Origin: Camelus dromedarius
Taxonomy: Eukaryota
Assembly (NCBI RefSeq): GCF_036321535.1
Contig: NC_087438.1
Span: 8,124,001-8,188,000, forward strand
Direction: 5' to 3'
DNA length: 64,000 nt
The notes beneath the pieces are model-generated. The model had not been told where the DNA came from and did no database searches. It saw nothing but the letters and a program-made list of their open reading frames with translations. The translations under genes and the position numbers were made by a program. Positions 12,142 through 26,519 of the stretch are shown piece after piece (the stretch's first letter is position 1; every line of letters begins with the position of its first letter).

Positions 12142-14661
12142 AAAAGAAATACAGAAGAGTGGAAATGTACTACTATTTTCTATTGTGTGTGTTTGAGAGG
12201 GAATCAAGGTAAGTAGAGTGAGTTGGGGGGGTAGGAACTTGGCAAGACAAGTTTTCTCATGTTAACTGTATTATAAAGTGATTTCTTTTTTGATGGACGA
12301 GAATTTGACACACATGGATTACGGTATAATCATTGTGTCATCCTTCATCTCCCTCTTTGGCTGTTTAAGGCAATAGTATCATTTCTAATAACCGTAAGCA
12401 AATTTCAAGTTCCTTACTTCTTTGTTTTTAAGACTAGAACATGACTTTTTATTTCAAATAAGACCACAGATTTGCTATGACAGGGGTCTTCTTTTGTATG
12501 AACATAATGTCTTCTCTTAAAAAGTATCGGTTCACATAATATTTGCATTTAAGACCATCCCCTCCCCTCTGATTCCCTGATGGAACTTCTAAACGATGCA
12601 ACAATACTTCTTCATCACTGGACACTGAATACTAGGCTGATTAGCTAATACAGGTAAGACTTGGCATTTTGGAATGTATACAGTTTCTGAGAAAAAAGTC
12701 AAGCAAGAAAATAAAACCATGTCCATCCAGTCCCAATTTCATCGTGAAGGGCATAACAAAAGTACGATTGTAATCCTTTTTCCTTGTAATTTAGAAAATA
12801 AGAGTCCCAAGAAAGCCGTGTATACCAGATGGTGAAGTTTGCAATAGCTTGCAAGAAGAATCATTTGATCCATACCGATGGTATTACAGGGCTAGTCACC
12901 AGAAGTACAATGCATCTATGGGGAGTGCATTCCGAGTTTCATTCTGGATGCCAGGAACATATTGCCCCCACGGTGGCTGTCGAAACTGTCAGGCACAGAA
13001 ACAGATTCAAGGAGTGGTCTCCGAGATATGGGGGAGCCTCTGGGAGGGCAGAGGGACTGGTGACGGTGCAGAGGCAGATGGGAACTAATTCCAAAAAACA
13101 GGAGGAAGAGGTGGGTCCTGCGAGGACAGTGATGACCTGTAGCCAAGGCTTTCCCCCAGGTCCCTACCCTCCTGAAGGTCACTGCTCCATGGAGGAGAGT
13201 GAGTTATGGTGGAAGAACAGAGGCCCTTTAAGATTAGTGGTCACCATTCTACCTAACAATGGGCTGCTTTCCACAGAGACTTCCTTTGGTTATTTCTTTC
13301 AGGACAGTCTACTCTGACATAATGACTTGCACTGTGCATATATATTCCTTTCTACACAATAACGTATTTCCAGGGCAATGAAAGTTGAAACAGACAAAAT
13401 ACAGCACAGAATTTTGGAAATGTCAATAAAAAAAAAAGAATCTTTAATTTCATGTAAATAATTTAAAAATCCATAAAACAAAAGAGTTGTGGGTCCCGGT
13501 TATTTGACTTTTTTAAGGGACTGTCACTTTGCTCTGATGAACTTACTTGCATATGTAGTTAGGAAGTCAAACAAACTTGTCAATTCTGAATAGACTCATA
13601 AAAATTAGCTCCAGAAACCTCCAAATGCTCTCCATGCAGGATCTAACCATGACAATTTAAGGTCCCTTTTCATAGCAATTTCAATTAAATGTATGATTTA
13701 TGTACTCCTGAAATATCCATATGAAATAATCAAATCTGCTCATCTTTTATCGAATCAGTTGTGTATTTGATCAATACTCAAGGAAAACAAACCAAGATTC
13801 TCTGTCTCGTTACTTTGTTCACACATCTGAAGCATGAAACCTAGATATGCCCTGACAAAGGTAATTGCAACAATGAGCAATATATCATAATCTCACAGCC
13901 CTGTCATGTCACCTGGCAAGGACAAAGCAGTCGGGACAATAGCCAAAACACCACATGCATTTTAGAATGATTTTTCCATTGCTCAGTAGGTTTCAAATGA
14001 ATGGCTTTTATTCCCTCCAGTTTTAGAGAACACAGATATATTAGAATATGGAAAAGGTTAAAATGATAGGACAATTCTTAATTACTTTCTAATAAAAGTA
14101 AAATTTACGTATAATTAACCCCTGAGTAGCTTTATTACCATTACTGTGCACTGAGGAAGAAAACACAAATTTTCCAGAGATTTCAAAAGCGTTTATAGTT
14201 TTGGGCTTTAAATTATGATTTTTCTCTCTCAAGAACTTTTGACTTTCCATCAAATCTTGCTTGAGCAAGAGGTCAGATTGGGCTGCATCCCTGAGGAAAT
14301 GAAGGGTTTCCACTGGGGGATGGGGACAACAGAAGAGGATTTCTTGGGGTGCTGGGGGGAGAGGAAGAGACTGGGCTTTAAATTTCCACCTAGGGGAATC
14401 GAATGTTGCATTGCTCCAGAAGAAACTGGAACTATAAGCGACAGCAGATGACAATGTCCTAGCAGTTCCCCAAAAGCAGAAGCCACCCTCTGGTATGTTT
14501 GCTTCCAAGACATTGATCAAAGGGGTCACAGTGACATCTCTGATCATTCTGGATCCTTTCCATCATGGACAATCTTCAAAGCTCAGGCTAGGGGTCTGTT
14601 CCAAATCTCAGCCCTGGGGGCTAGGACGAGGAGGTGAAACCATTTCTGATAAACTGATAAA

Positions 14662-15170
14662 ACAATAAAGAAGCTGTGGTATATTTATACAATGGAATAC
14701 TACTCAGCCATAAAAAAGAATAAAATAATGCTATTTGCAGCAACATGGATGGATCTGGAGACTGTCATTCTAAGTGAAATAAGCCAGAAAGAGAAAGAAA
14801 AATACCATATGATATCACTCATATGTAGAATCTCAGAAAAAAGAAGATACAAATGAACTTATTTACAAAACAGAAACAGGCTCACAGACATAGAAAACAA
14901 ACTTATGATTACCAGGGGGAAAAGGGAGTGGGGAGGGATAAATTAGAAATTTGGGACTTGCAGATACTAACTACTATATATAAAATAGATAAACAATAAG
15001 GTCCTAATATATAGCACAGGGAACTATATTCAATACTTTGTAATAGCCTAGAATGAAAAAGAACACGAAAAGGAATATATATGTATATATATGTAGACTC
15101 GAATCACTATGCAGTATACCAGAAATTGACACAACATTGTAAATCGACTACACTTCAATTAAAAAATAAA
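14662..15170 (+). mobile_element. 5'-truncated L1 (ORF2 end + 3'UTR), artiodactyl/camelid type
   Basis: 'tacaatggaatactactcagccataaaaaagaa...gcagcaacatggatggatctggag...tatagcacagggaactatattcaa...cacttcaattaaaaaa'. Confidence 0.92.
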
Positions 15171-15911
15171 TGCAAGACAGTATGTATCCTTGATCTGATC
15201 AAGACACACTAGATTCAACTAGACAGAGGGGAGAAATTCCAAGGGAGCTGAGGGACACGGAACCTGCCACTGATCCTAGGAAAGCGGAGCATCCTGAGTG
15301 TAATGCCAACATCTCAGTGTGTCTTCAATTGTATGAACTGACTAGAGACCACATAGCAACCTGTGGGAAAAAGATGCCTTTGCCTCTTTGTCATTATTCT
15401 GAGAAGTGCAAGCAGGAGTGTGGAGAGGTTAAGAAGTCAGGCAGAGTCGTACACTTAGTAAAATGAAGGTGAGACACCCTTCTCGTCTTCTGTTCTCCAA
15501 CTCCAGGAGTTGTGGTTGCTTAACATAAAAGCACCATTTAAATCACATTACACACATCAACATTTTAAGGTTAAAAAATTCTTTTGGAAATAGAAATCAA
15601 CTTATTTGCAGGAGAAATCTTCCTGCCTCAGATTGTGGTACTGATTCCCCAGCGATCCCCTCCTTAGAGGGTCCAGGTTTGGCTGGGGGAAGCCTGCTGT
15701 CCACCAGGAATGGGACGGAAGTCAGCCTCAGCAGGTGGGAAGGTTGAAATGCTCATTTCTTGCATAAAAATTCAGATTCACTTATAGGTTGTATTAACAT
15801 AAACACTAAAATCTATAGAGTCAGTTTCTTCTTAAATTAACTAGATATTTGAGAATTTTCATGATCACGTGCATTCATTGTCTTTGCACAGATTTAAAAT
15901 GACTTCATCTG

Positions 15912-16350
15912 GGTCCTAGAGATGATCACACTAATTAAAGTAAGTCAGACAGAGAAAGACAAATATATGAGATCACTTATATGTGGAAACTAAAAAAATG
16001 ATGCAAATCAACTTATTTACAAAACAGAAGTGGACTCACAGACATAGAAAATACACTTATGGTTACCAAAGGGGAAAGTGGGAGGTGGGATAAATTAGAA
16101 ATTTGCGATTAACAGACACACAATACTATATATACAATAGATAAACAACAGAGTCCTAATATATAGCACAGGGAACTATATTCAATAGCTTGTAATAACC
16201 GAAAAATGAAAAAAGAATATGAAAAAGAATATATATGTGTGTGTAACTGAATCACTATGCTGCACACCAGAAATTAACACAATACTGCAAACCATTAAAC
16301 TTCAATAATAAATAAATGAATAAATAAAGTTAAAACATTAAAACAAAATA
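15912..16350 (+). mobile_element. 5'-truncated L1 3'UTR with TSD
   Basis: Same 3'UTR family as 14662-15170. Flanking direct repeat gacttcatctg at 15901-15911 and 16353-16363. A-rich tail. Confidence 0.92.
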
Positions 16351-16704
16351 AAGACTTCATCTGAAATTGCTAATTTTTGTCTGCTTTAGCTAAATATTGG
16401 TCCCAGGAAACAGTAAACCCTTAATTAAACTACACAGTTTGCAACTGCAAAGAAAAGGCCAGAGGTCTACAAAGGGGTACTCTCGCGTTATTATTTAAGT
16501 TACAGTCATGCCAATGGAGTGGGCATGTGCCGGAAAAAAATCCAGGGCTGGAACCAGCTGACCTGGCGGACACTGGCCCGTCCTCACATATATGGAGGCA
16601 TAGGTGGTCCTGCTGGAGGGGACAGCACTGCCAGCCAGCCTCCATGGAACACTTACGAAGTTCCAGGGACTGCTCTGAGCAGTTTCTATCTGCTAACCCA
16701 TCGA

Positions 16705-16845
16705 GTCTTAACAAGATCCAGGGAAGATGCCATCATCTCCATTTGTGTTGACGAAATGAAGGGTCCCGCTGACTGAGACCACACAGAGGTCCTGATGAGC
16801 CTGGTGCCACCAAGATAGTCCGGCTTTGGAGCAGAGCTCTTCCCA
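16705..16845 (-). mobile_element. MIR fragment
   Basis: 'catctccatttgtgttgacgaaatgaaggg...gaccacacag...ggctttggagcagagctctt' is a degenerate antisense MIR. Confidence 0.45.
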
Positions 16846-19800
16846 CGCTTCGTTATACATTCTCTATGGATTTTAATCTCTGCGAATTTGAGCACCTAAT
16901 GAGATAATGGATGTGAAAGTGCTTGGAGAAATATAAACTATTATACAAATGTCAGCTATTAGTATTATTATCTAATTATCTAATTACTTAGCCACATGGT
17001 CTGAGAATAAAACCCTGATTGGAATGTGTCCTGAAAACCCTGTCACAGCACTGTCACACGTGTCGCTTCCTGCTTTCTTTCATTTTTCAAAGGAGACATA
17101 TGAGGCTTAGATCATTAAAATGGCTTGAAATTAAAAACCAAACCAAACCAAACTAAACCAAACCTAGTGTCAGAGCCAAGAAATGAGAAAGAGAAAGTTC
17201 TTTCTTAGCCTGAAATTCCTTTCTCTGGCAACCTCAAAGCTCATTCGCAAACTTAAAGTGTGGTTGAAATGTCACCTCCTCCATGCAGCCTGCCCTGATG
17301 CCTGATTGCCCTGGAAAATTAATCCTACCCCCATTATGCTACCTTAACACACTGGAAGACCAGACTCAGAGCAATTTCAGCAGAGAAATGTGTACAGTAT
17401 TACACAGCAACGGGTTTTCTGGGAGGAGAGTAACAGGATAAAAGCAGAGTCTGAACCTTTATGTGAAGGTAGCAGGACTCTGTGTTTAACTACTTGGGGA
17501 CACGAGAGACCAGGAATTTCCTGGAGTGCAGAGAAAGGAAATCTTAATAACGGAGCAACCCAAACTAAAGTAGTGCCCACATTAGGGAAGAAGAAAAGAG
17601 TGTGTATTTAAGAGAACTTTTTTTTGCAAAAGCTCCCTGGTACTTGGGGACTATGCAGACAGAAAGGGAAGGAGAGCCAATGTGACTGGACGCTCTTGAG
17701 CTGATCACTGGAAGGACATCGCTGACTCGGTGCTTGGGGGTTTTCTGCAGCGCAGAGTAAGTCCATCTAAGAAAACTGAGCAGACAGTACGGCACTCTAA
17801 CAACCAAGCACACACCTTCTGTTTCTCCAAGTTTTAAGGTGATTTATTGGCAGTTGCTAATTCTGGTCTACTTCAGTTGATCACCTGTCCCAGAACACAA
17901 CTAATATTCAACAAATGAGTGTGAAAAAGAAGAAACTCCCCTCGTGTGTCGTTCCTCAGGGAAGGATTGGCAGGAGATGTGTGTTGGGAAGTCGATGTTT
18001 TGGGGAAGGACAGTCTTAATTTTTAAATTATAGCATTGATGGAGATGGTGAAAATTGACGGGAGTTAGAAAAAGAATCTGGGCTTGATTTTAACACTGGC
18101 TCTAACAGACCTGACTATCTTTCTAGATCTTAAATAATTTCCAAGATCAAAGTTTGGTTATATATAAATGTGATTTTAGGACAGAGATGTAGCTATTCAG
18201 GTCATGAATGGTAGAAGCTGAAGCCACAAGAGCAAGACAAGGTCTCTAAGGGGTAATAAAGATATCAATTTAATTCCAAAGGATTATTTTACCATCGAAG
18301 GAAAGAGTTATTAACAAGAATGCACTAAAATAAACAGCTGTGAGATCGAGCCACTGTCTCAAACAGGTGCTCAATGAATGTTTTGTTAGGCTTTTAATTC
18401 AGGACAATCAGGAATAATAAACACACAAACTGTGACAGACAAGTTCAGGGCTGAACACTTGACCGTGGCAGCTTTGTTTAGATATCCTTTTGCCAGAAAG
18501 TTTATAAACATTCTTTACTTATTCTTAGGTTAAACTAATTCTTCCTAAATGATATAAAATCTTACCTTTACGTAGATCATGAAAAATAAAGCCAACTAGA
18601 TTCACACATATCTTTAACTGTCAGAAAATTTGCATTCATTCCCACCCTCTTGTTATCCAATCTTTGCAGAAGGTTAAGAATAATTTGAAGGTTAAGTATT
18701 ATTTTATTTTAAATGAGAGTTAATTCTTAGAGCAACATCAAATAAAGAGAAAGGGGAAACTGTTTAACAGAAAATATTGTGTAAGAATAAAGGGGAAAAA
18801 TAGTGGAAATTATATGCATATAAAAGGGCTATTATCAATTACAAAATCAATGATAAAAATATCAATTATTTGTAATATTATTAAATTGATTTAAATTCAG
18901 CTCAAAGCACTGCAGTCATATCTAACCACAAGTTAACTGTACAGAGTAAAAACACTGACTCTGGCTTAAACTGCATTATCAATCCATTTCATTGAAAGTA
19001 GCAGTTCTTCTTTACGGGCTCTGGATACACTTGCCAGTTTACAAACTTGCTTGGAATAAGAGGTAGCTCGTAGAGATAAACTGGTTGTGTTCTCCTGATC
19101 TTTGCTAGTAACTTGAAAAGCTCAGATGTCAGAGTTTCACTGAGGCATTTCCCTGAAAATAGTAAATCAGCCCATCTACTGTTCCTAAAATTAACTGAGA
19201 GAAAAAGCTTGGGGGGGCGGTCGTTATGCAAGGAAGCTTAGGGTCCATGTGGCTGTTCTCTGGGCAGATATATTTCTAAGCTTCATTTCTAAGTCTCTCT
19301 GCCCAGAATATCGATTTCACCTGGTCAACTGCTTGCGACGTATAACGGTTTTACATGAAAATTAAAACTTTCATGGTCCCAAGGAAGGAAAAGTACTCAT
19401 TTGGTTTTTAAACTGATTTAGATTCAACCAATATCATTAGTTAGTATGCCTTTTGATGTTTGACTATCGTATATGAATCGTATATGAATAAAGAGAAGGC
19501 TGGTAAAGCTTTTCACACTACACAATAACTCAGTTTCTTTACATCTGTATACAGTGGAGGGAAATGAGCAAAATGACGTTTATCACAAAAAATAAATTTC
19601 ATATACGTAACTTCAGTTTAAAATGCACAGCTCAAGAATTTGATTGTGCATGAGATTCTGCATGATGTTATCATCATAGAATGGTATTTTTATAACTCAC
19701 TCTAGCCCCCAACTATTTCCTTGTAAAGTTTTGTCTCCTATTTACTGTTCAAAAAAAAAAAAATTAATGTGGCACAAAATGAAGAAAAGCATTACATATA

Positions 19801-20107
19801 TCTCCTTATAAATTAACAGTCTAAAGATAACAGATTCGTATCTCTCATTGTCAATAATTGTGAAAAGAAATAGAAAACTAATACAAATCAGTTTAGAAAA
19901 AAACAAGATTTAAAAGCTAAATCCTGAGAACATTACAATGTTCCATAATTGGCATTACACTAGCTTAAAGAACCAGTCTTTAATTTGCCATGAATCATAG
20001 ACTTTCCCTAGATATCTGCATGGTTTGCTCCTGTATTCATTCAGGGACCTGATCGAGCATCTTCTTGCAAAGGATGCCTTCTGGTCCTCTGATCATTCTC
20101 TCAAAAC

Positions 20108-20490
20108 CAGAGTGGCTCTCAAACTTGCCAGTCTCATAACCCTTTCATGCTTAAAAATTACTGAGGATCCCAAAGAGCTTTTATTTACTAAGTGGTAGAG
20201 AATACTATTTTTGATATTAACACTGGGAAGTGTTTACAAGCGAAGGATGCGTTGCACATTTTCCGTGAGCCGTCAGAGCGAGGATCCAACCTCTGGGAAG
20301 GGCCACTGAACTCTCATCCCGCGAGACTCCCATTCTCAAACTCCGACCCTCCCTGCGTGAGAGCGTGCATGGAAGGGCAAATAGCGTGGTGGGAGGACTA
20401 TGAAAACGGGTGCCTTTGCAGGCCCCCTGAAAGGGTCTCAAGGACCCCCAGGAATCCCAAGTACACGGTGCACTCTGGGAGACGCTGCCC
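20108..20490. mobile_element. Charlie1-like hAT DNA transposon deletion derivative
   Basis: Left end 'gtggctctcaaactt...aaaaattactgaggatcccaaagagctttt' and right end 'ccccctgaaagggtctcaaggacccccagg...actctgggagacgctg' match recalled Charlie1 termini. Confidence 0.7.
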
Positions 20491-20529
20491 TCCTCTGTGC
20501 CCCACCAGCTTTGTCACTGCTGGTAGCAA

Positions 20530-20715
20530 TCACCTACCTGAACTTACGCTCTTCATAGAGTGCTTGATTTCAGCCTTTCCTGCCTGGAATGTGAATGCCA
20601 CAAGGACAAAGACCCTCTGTGCGGCTGCTAGTAAGTGCTTAACACAGACATATAAAGAAAGAATGTATCAGCTACCTGCGCCTGTGGTGACATAGTAAAA
20701 ACTCAGTATATTAAG
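20530..20715 (+). mobile_element. L2 3' end fragment
   Basis: 'cctggaatgtgaatgccacaaggacaaagacc...gtgacatagtaaaaactcagtatat'. Confidence 0.45.
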
Positions 20716-23294
20716 ATCTGACTTCATCAGTTGCTGCTGAAGTGACTTATTGTTTGATCAGTGGCAGTTTTTATGTTTTAACGTCTGGGGGAATCCCGTA
20801 AGACATCTCCATAAGGTACCACCAGGAGACCCCTCCTTCCACTGTGCCCCGGGCAAAAGTCTGCTTATTCTGACTTTGTCATGGGCGCTTTCTGCCTCTT
20901 TACTTTTGCTCACTTCCAGCAGCTTTCATCTGACACTCGTGTTTGTGTGCTGGGTACCTATGGTGCCCTGACAGTTTCAAAACCCAATTATACTTTCATT
21001 AAAAATTTCAGCCAGGCTTTAAACTTTGTGCTGGATTCCAGGAGACCCTGATAACACAGATGAGAATGATGCTTTTACTGAGAAATTTGCACTGCTTTCT
21101 CTTACTTAGGGAACGGATAAGGAGCACTTGGTATTTTATGTCTTTGCTTGTCCCTTTAATTCCTAGGTCTGCCGCTGAGCCAGTGACCTCTTTGGAGAAG
21201 GTATAACATGCTTCTTAAATGTCTATGTGATAAAAGGAAATCTAAGAAAAGGAAACTGAACGTTAGCTGAAAACTACCAGGTAGCAATACAGTCTGGAGG
21301 GAAAGATAAGGACAGCTTCCTGGAGGAGATGACTTCACCCTGCGTGCTACCTGGGTGTTTACCCTCAACTTCCGCCCACACCTTTCATGGCTAACTTCCT
21401 TTTGGCTCTGTAACACCACAGGGAGCTGGGGAAGTTAAGTGTGAGTGAATCTGGAAAAGAAACAAAAGGATGTACGCAGAATCAGACAACATCACGTCTG
21501 GAACCATGACAAACTTCTAGAGAAGAGACTGTCTTGTTTATGTTTCAAAAACTTGGCCCAGAGAGTGTATGATGAAGTAATTTCACAAGGAATGAACAAT
21601 TCAAGGATGTCACCAACTAATGTGAATAAATTCATGTCCAGGAAAGGACTTGGGGTCTCCAGAGTCCAGGTGACAGTCCCCAACCCCTGGTGGAGTGAGA
21701 GGAACAGCAGGACTTGGATCCAGGTCTTAGGGCTTCAAGGGCAGGATGGGTGACCTTGAACCCACATCCAGAGGCTCTCCATCCTGTCAGGTCTGACTGA
21801 AGACCTGGTTTCCACCATAATAGAGACTAAAACAAACCAGTCCTCTTTCCCTGAGCATCACATCAATACTGTGAGCCACAGTATTAATATATTTCTCACT
21901 TTGATTATTCTAATTACTATGAAAAATCTTATACTCTTAAACCACTTTAGAATCCGCTGTTGCCATGCTTGCCAGGAGTTATGAAAATATTCACTTGACA
22001 ACGATGTCTCTTACCTTTACTACGATTACATAAGAATATATGGGATTATATTTTATAGCATTTTAATAACCTGATCTCTCAACAATTCTCTTGCCATATA
22101 GAATTAAGTATATTCACAGTAATTAGATGAAAATGACAGACTGTAAATCAAGAGCAAGTAATTCATTTCTGTCAAACTGCACATGATCATTCTATTCGGA
22201 TTTTATAGTAACTTATATGATTGACTCTTGATTTTTTGAATATGTTCTGATTTGAGAACTCAATAAGATAACCTTCCTTTGCCATAATAAGCAGAATATA
22301 TTAAGCTCCTAAAATTTTCTCCCTATGGAACATTGGGATTTTCTAAAATATGGTGGAATTTCAGTTTCTCAATGTGCAACAAAAGGAAATAATTGCTATT
22401 TCAAAATATAATATTTAAGCAAATTAACGATCTTTATAAACACATGAACCGTTTTCCCCCAAGCTGTCTATTGTCTTTCTGATTTTGACTGACAAATATT
22501 TTTATCAAGTTTTGGCTAAGACGTAATGAGTTTGTGTCTCCAAGGATGCGAGGATTAAATAAGCTACTCGGTCTATGGCGGTTTGGGTCGAGCTGTACGT
22601 TATGTGAGAAGCTAATGACCCTGAGCTTCAGTCAACAATTTTTTTTTTCCCCAGTAAAGCAACAGCAATTCCCCTAGTGACTCCGTGACACATACTTGTT
22701 AGAATTGAAATGACACAGCCGGCAGCCACACAATAGTGGCGGGGTGACGGTTTACACACTGTTTAGGACGGCACGTCTTAAACAATGCAAAGTGTTGGAA
22801 AACTGGTCACTGTGTGAGGCTAGAGTCAGTCAGTACACTGGAGCAGTTATTGCTCGCCTTAGGGTCAAGAGTAAGGGTTTATTTACTAAGATCCAAATTT
22901 TATTTTAATCAGACCTTGGAAAAGAAAATAACAAAAGCTTGGAAACACAACAAATGAAGTCCGATGTGCTTAGGGGTTGAGATTGGTCGCCACTGCCGTA
23001 ATTTTTCAAGCTGATTTTAGACTGTGTTTAGTGTTGTTTTAGTCTCTTCTGAGTCAGGACTAAGACGCTGGCTCTCAAGGGCAGCCTGCCAGGCCCAGCT
23101 TAGCCTTAGCCATTTCGCGTCTGCTCTAGCTAATGAGTCCACTGATTGAACAATCACGAAAACAAGGGGCGAGCAGAATCTGATGGGTGTGTGCTAATTA
23201 CATGAAAGGTGTCAAAGAGCCCCTGGATACCGATGTGTTACGTTCATATATCATGACTATAAACAAGGCGTATTGTTCTAGTATTTCGCAGAAT

Positions 23295-23693
23295 GTTGTG
23301 CGGATCATTTTCTTTGCTACCCCATTCATTCTCTGTCTCAGAGGCTGTATCCCAAGGGTCCCCTGGCATTTGGTTTTATGACTGGACTTGGCCAGTGGGA
23401 GGCACGACAAGGACATCGGAAGGCAGGAGGAGAGAGAGGCTGGGCTATTTATTCCTCTGCTCCCACCAGCCATGCCTCTTGACTCTGCTGGCACCAGTTC
23501 ACCGATGTTTCCTCTGGGACTAAGGGTGGCAAGGGTTTCCATCTGTTGCTGCTCCCTGAGTACCTCTGCAGGCATTGACTGCTCCCTTAATCTTGCTCAC
23601 TCCTTTGTAAATAGTCCCTTAATTAAATTCTTTTCACTTAAACTCTTTTTGAGTAGAATATGTTTCCCATCTGGACCTTGTTACGAAAATACA
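23295..23693 (+). mobile_element. LTR33-like ERVL solo LTR
   Basis: Internal 'ggccagtgggaggcac...gaaggcaggaggagagagagg' and end 'tttgtaaatagtcccttaattaaattc...tgtttcccatctggacc...aataca' match recalled LTR33. Confidence 0.75.
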
Positions 23694-24179
23694 AACAGCA
23701 ATTGAGACTTTTATGTTACGATATTCTAAGTACTTAAAATTAGCAATAATTGATCCCCCAAATGATAGTTATCTCGTCAATATTTTAATATTAATTCCCT
23801 AAATTTTACTCAATTGGTTCAGTCTAAAACTGACTCTGAAAATACTAAAAACAAATAAACGTTTCTTAAGAACAACAATATTCCATATTTCACTGTGGTT
23901 CAGATCCTTTGGCACAAAACTTTCCAGTGGCACTTTCGTCACCTGTGGTTCTTGTTTGGTTTTTTTGGTTTTTTGTTTTGTTGTTTTTTGCTTTAGTTCC
24001 TTTCCTGTCTTCAAACAAGGAAACTTTTCTTCCAAAAGAACAGTTAACTAAAACTCTAGGAGTCTTCAAAAAAGTAATTCAATACATGACAACATTAACG
24101 AATCCTTCTGAAAACCAAAAATTCAGCAATTAGCAAATATATCTCAAAAAAACTTTAACTGGAGTATTTTATTTTCCTG

Positions 24180-25420
24180 TAATAAAGATACATCTTTTGT
24201 AGGTAATCTTTGAAAACATTTGCAGAAATACAAAAGTGATCACTAAAAGTTATTTCTGTATCTCCTGTGTGTAGAATGTCTCAATTTAGAAAGTTCTGGA
24301 TTATTAGTTGATTTAAAGATGTTAAAAAGTTCATGTGTTTATTCTTTCTGTTATTTTATTTATCTCTTCTAGTATTCATTTCTTTCTTCTACTCTTTCGT
24401 TTCATGTTACTTTATTTCTGCATTGCTTTTATTATTTCCATTTTCTTGGCTGCTTCCTGTTTTTTTAGCTGCTTTTAAGGTGTTCCAATAATGAGTATAA
24501 TATCCTTTTATTTTGTCTTTTATCTTTAATAATAAGATTATGATTTCCTCTCAGTGTAGTTTTTTTTTACCATGCCCTATGTTTTCATATAAAATATAGC
24601 TGTTTTATTTGTTTTGTAAACAGTACATAATTTTCTTTTTTACTTCCATTTGATTCAGTAGCTCCAAAAGTGTTTCTTGATTTTAATGTGATTACATTTT
24701 TACTTATCACTTTATTATTTACTTTTAATTTTTACTGCATTATTATCAAAGAATTTGGCCTTTTTATACTTTTTAATTATTAGAATTATCTTTACAGTCT
24801 CGTAGCTGATCAGTATTTGTGAATCTTCCAGATATATATATATAACAAATGTTTATTATTATTCGAAAAAGATAACTTTTACAATTTACTTAAGGCATTA
24901 ATTTGTTATTTATTCCAACTTTCTGTGGCCTTTCCTTCTAGTATTTAGCCTGATTCTGAGAAATGTCCACAATGTACTTCATCAACTTCTTTCATTTTTA
25001 ATAATTTTTAATATTCAGATGTTACATTGTTTGGTGCACACATGTTCACCATATTTTACCACACAATGGTAAGTTATTTCACTATGTAATTCCTTTTTGA
25101 CCCTGCTTAATGCTCCTGCATTAAATTCCACTCCATCTCACATTATTCTTCCCAATTCCACCCTTTGTGTTCATTGTATTGCTGTCACTACTTTGTCTAT
25201 TCCTTTAATTTCAACATTTAGCTCATTAACATAAGTGTGTATATTAAACATAACTATTTTATCTTCATTTACTACAAACTTGAATTTTTATTCTCTTTCA
25301 AAAAATTCAGTGCACTTACAGGTAGTGCTAGATTGATATACTTGACTTATCACTTCTATTTTAATTTGTTTGCTTCTTAATTTACTCTTTTCTTCCTTCT
25401 TTTTTTTTTTTGTACTTCCT
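24180..25420 (-). mobile_element. Highly decayed old L1 (L1M-type) segment
   Basis: Long T-rich, CpG-poor tract with L1-antisense-like words such as 'tgttacattgtttggtgcaca'. The family cannot be resolved by eye. Confidence 0.45.
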
Positions 25421-26517
25421 ATGAATTAAAGGTTATCCCTCTGCTAAAATCATAATAAAATATATTTCTCCATTATTATATAAAAATAAGATAGCCAAAA
25501 TCATCCCCCAGATACACTATTTTATCTCTGCTTTTCTTACTTTCTAAAAAATGAGTACATGTGCCTCAGTATTAAGTAAACATAGTTCTAACTACAGCTG
25601 CTCCTACAAAAGAAATGTATCTATAGACTTTGAGAAAGAAGAGGTAATAATTTTACATTTTAACATATGAAATACAGAGAACAAGTATAATACAAATCAT
25701 GCAGCTCACTTTAGGAGTTTTATTGAGGGGATGCGTATGGGTTAAAACAAATCTGGATATTCATGATGGTGTTATCCTAAGATTAGTGGGTGTCATAAAG
25801 ATCACAGACAAAATGAACTCACATGTAAATTAAATGGTTTTAAGATCACTATGCTATCTTATTCTTATATCTTCCTTTTACATAGCAAAAATACATGGGT
25901 ATTTAAGGAAATTCTATTTTTTTAAATTAAGGAATAAAATGCTCCACTGATTTCTGATGTAGGAATTATCAGGGTAATGTATTTTTTAGTGATTTAATTT
26001 TTAGCTTTTTGTGGGATTTTAGTTAAATAGGTCAAGAGAATTTTATGATTTATTAAAGTGAGGTTTGTTTCAACCCATAGAACTTTTATTTCTAAGCCTC
26101 AACCACTCTGGTTGAAAAATATATAATTATGTAGAAAGAAAGACATCTTTAAATATCCTCTTGAGAGTAAGACAGCCATGCAAGATAGCTAAATACAGAA
26201 ATGTAAGGAGTTCCTGCATGGTACTATAGCATAGTACTAAATAGTACTGTGCAGACTGCATGATTTTTTCTATTTTGTTATATAATTGCTCTACTGTTTA
26301 AGATCCCTACCAACAATAATCTGTAGGAGTAAAGCATTGAGTGTTAATTTTAAAGGAGACACTGTTGATTAAACAACTGTATGATGAGTTCACACAATGT
26401 GCTAGTTTAGGTGCCAAAAAGGGTATCAGAGAACTGGTGAGAATCACCAGCATGTCAATAATTGGTGAGAACTCCAGAAGCCAATTACTTACTTAAGAGA
26501 GTTTGACTATACTTCAG

Positions 26518-26519
<2 letters not shown>

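Noticed and set aside
19466..19489. 11-bp tandem duplication (atcgtatatga)x2, and similar small duplications near 37817 and 39403
   Set aside because: Ordinary slippage duplications with no further structure.
20192..20695. 167-aa ORF as a domesticated transposase
   Set aside because: It spans non-coding Charlie1-like termini and an L2 fragment, has a non-ATG start, and shows no hAT transposase motif.
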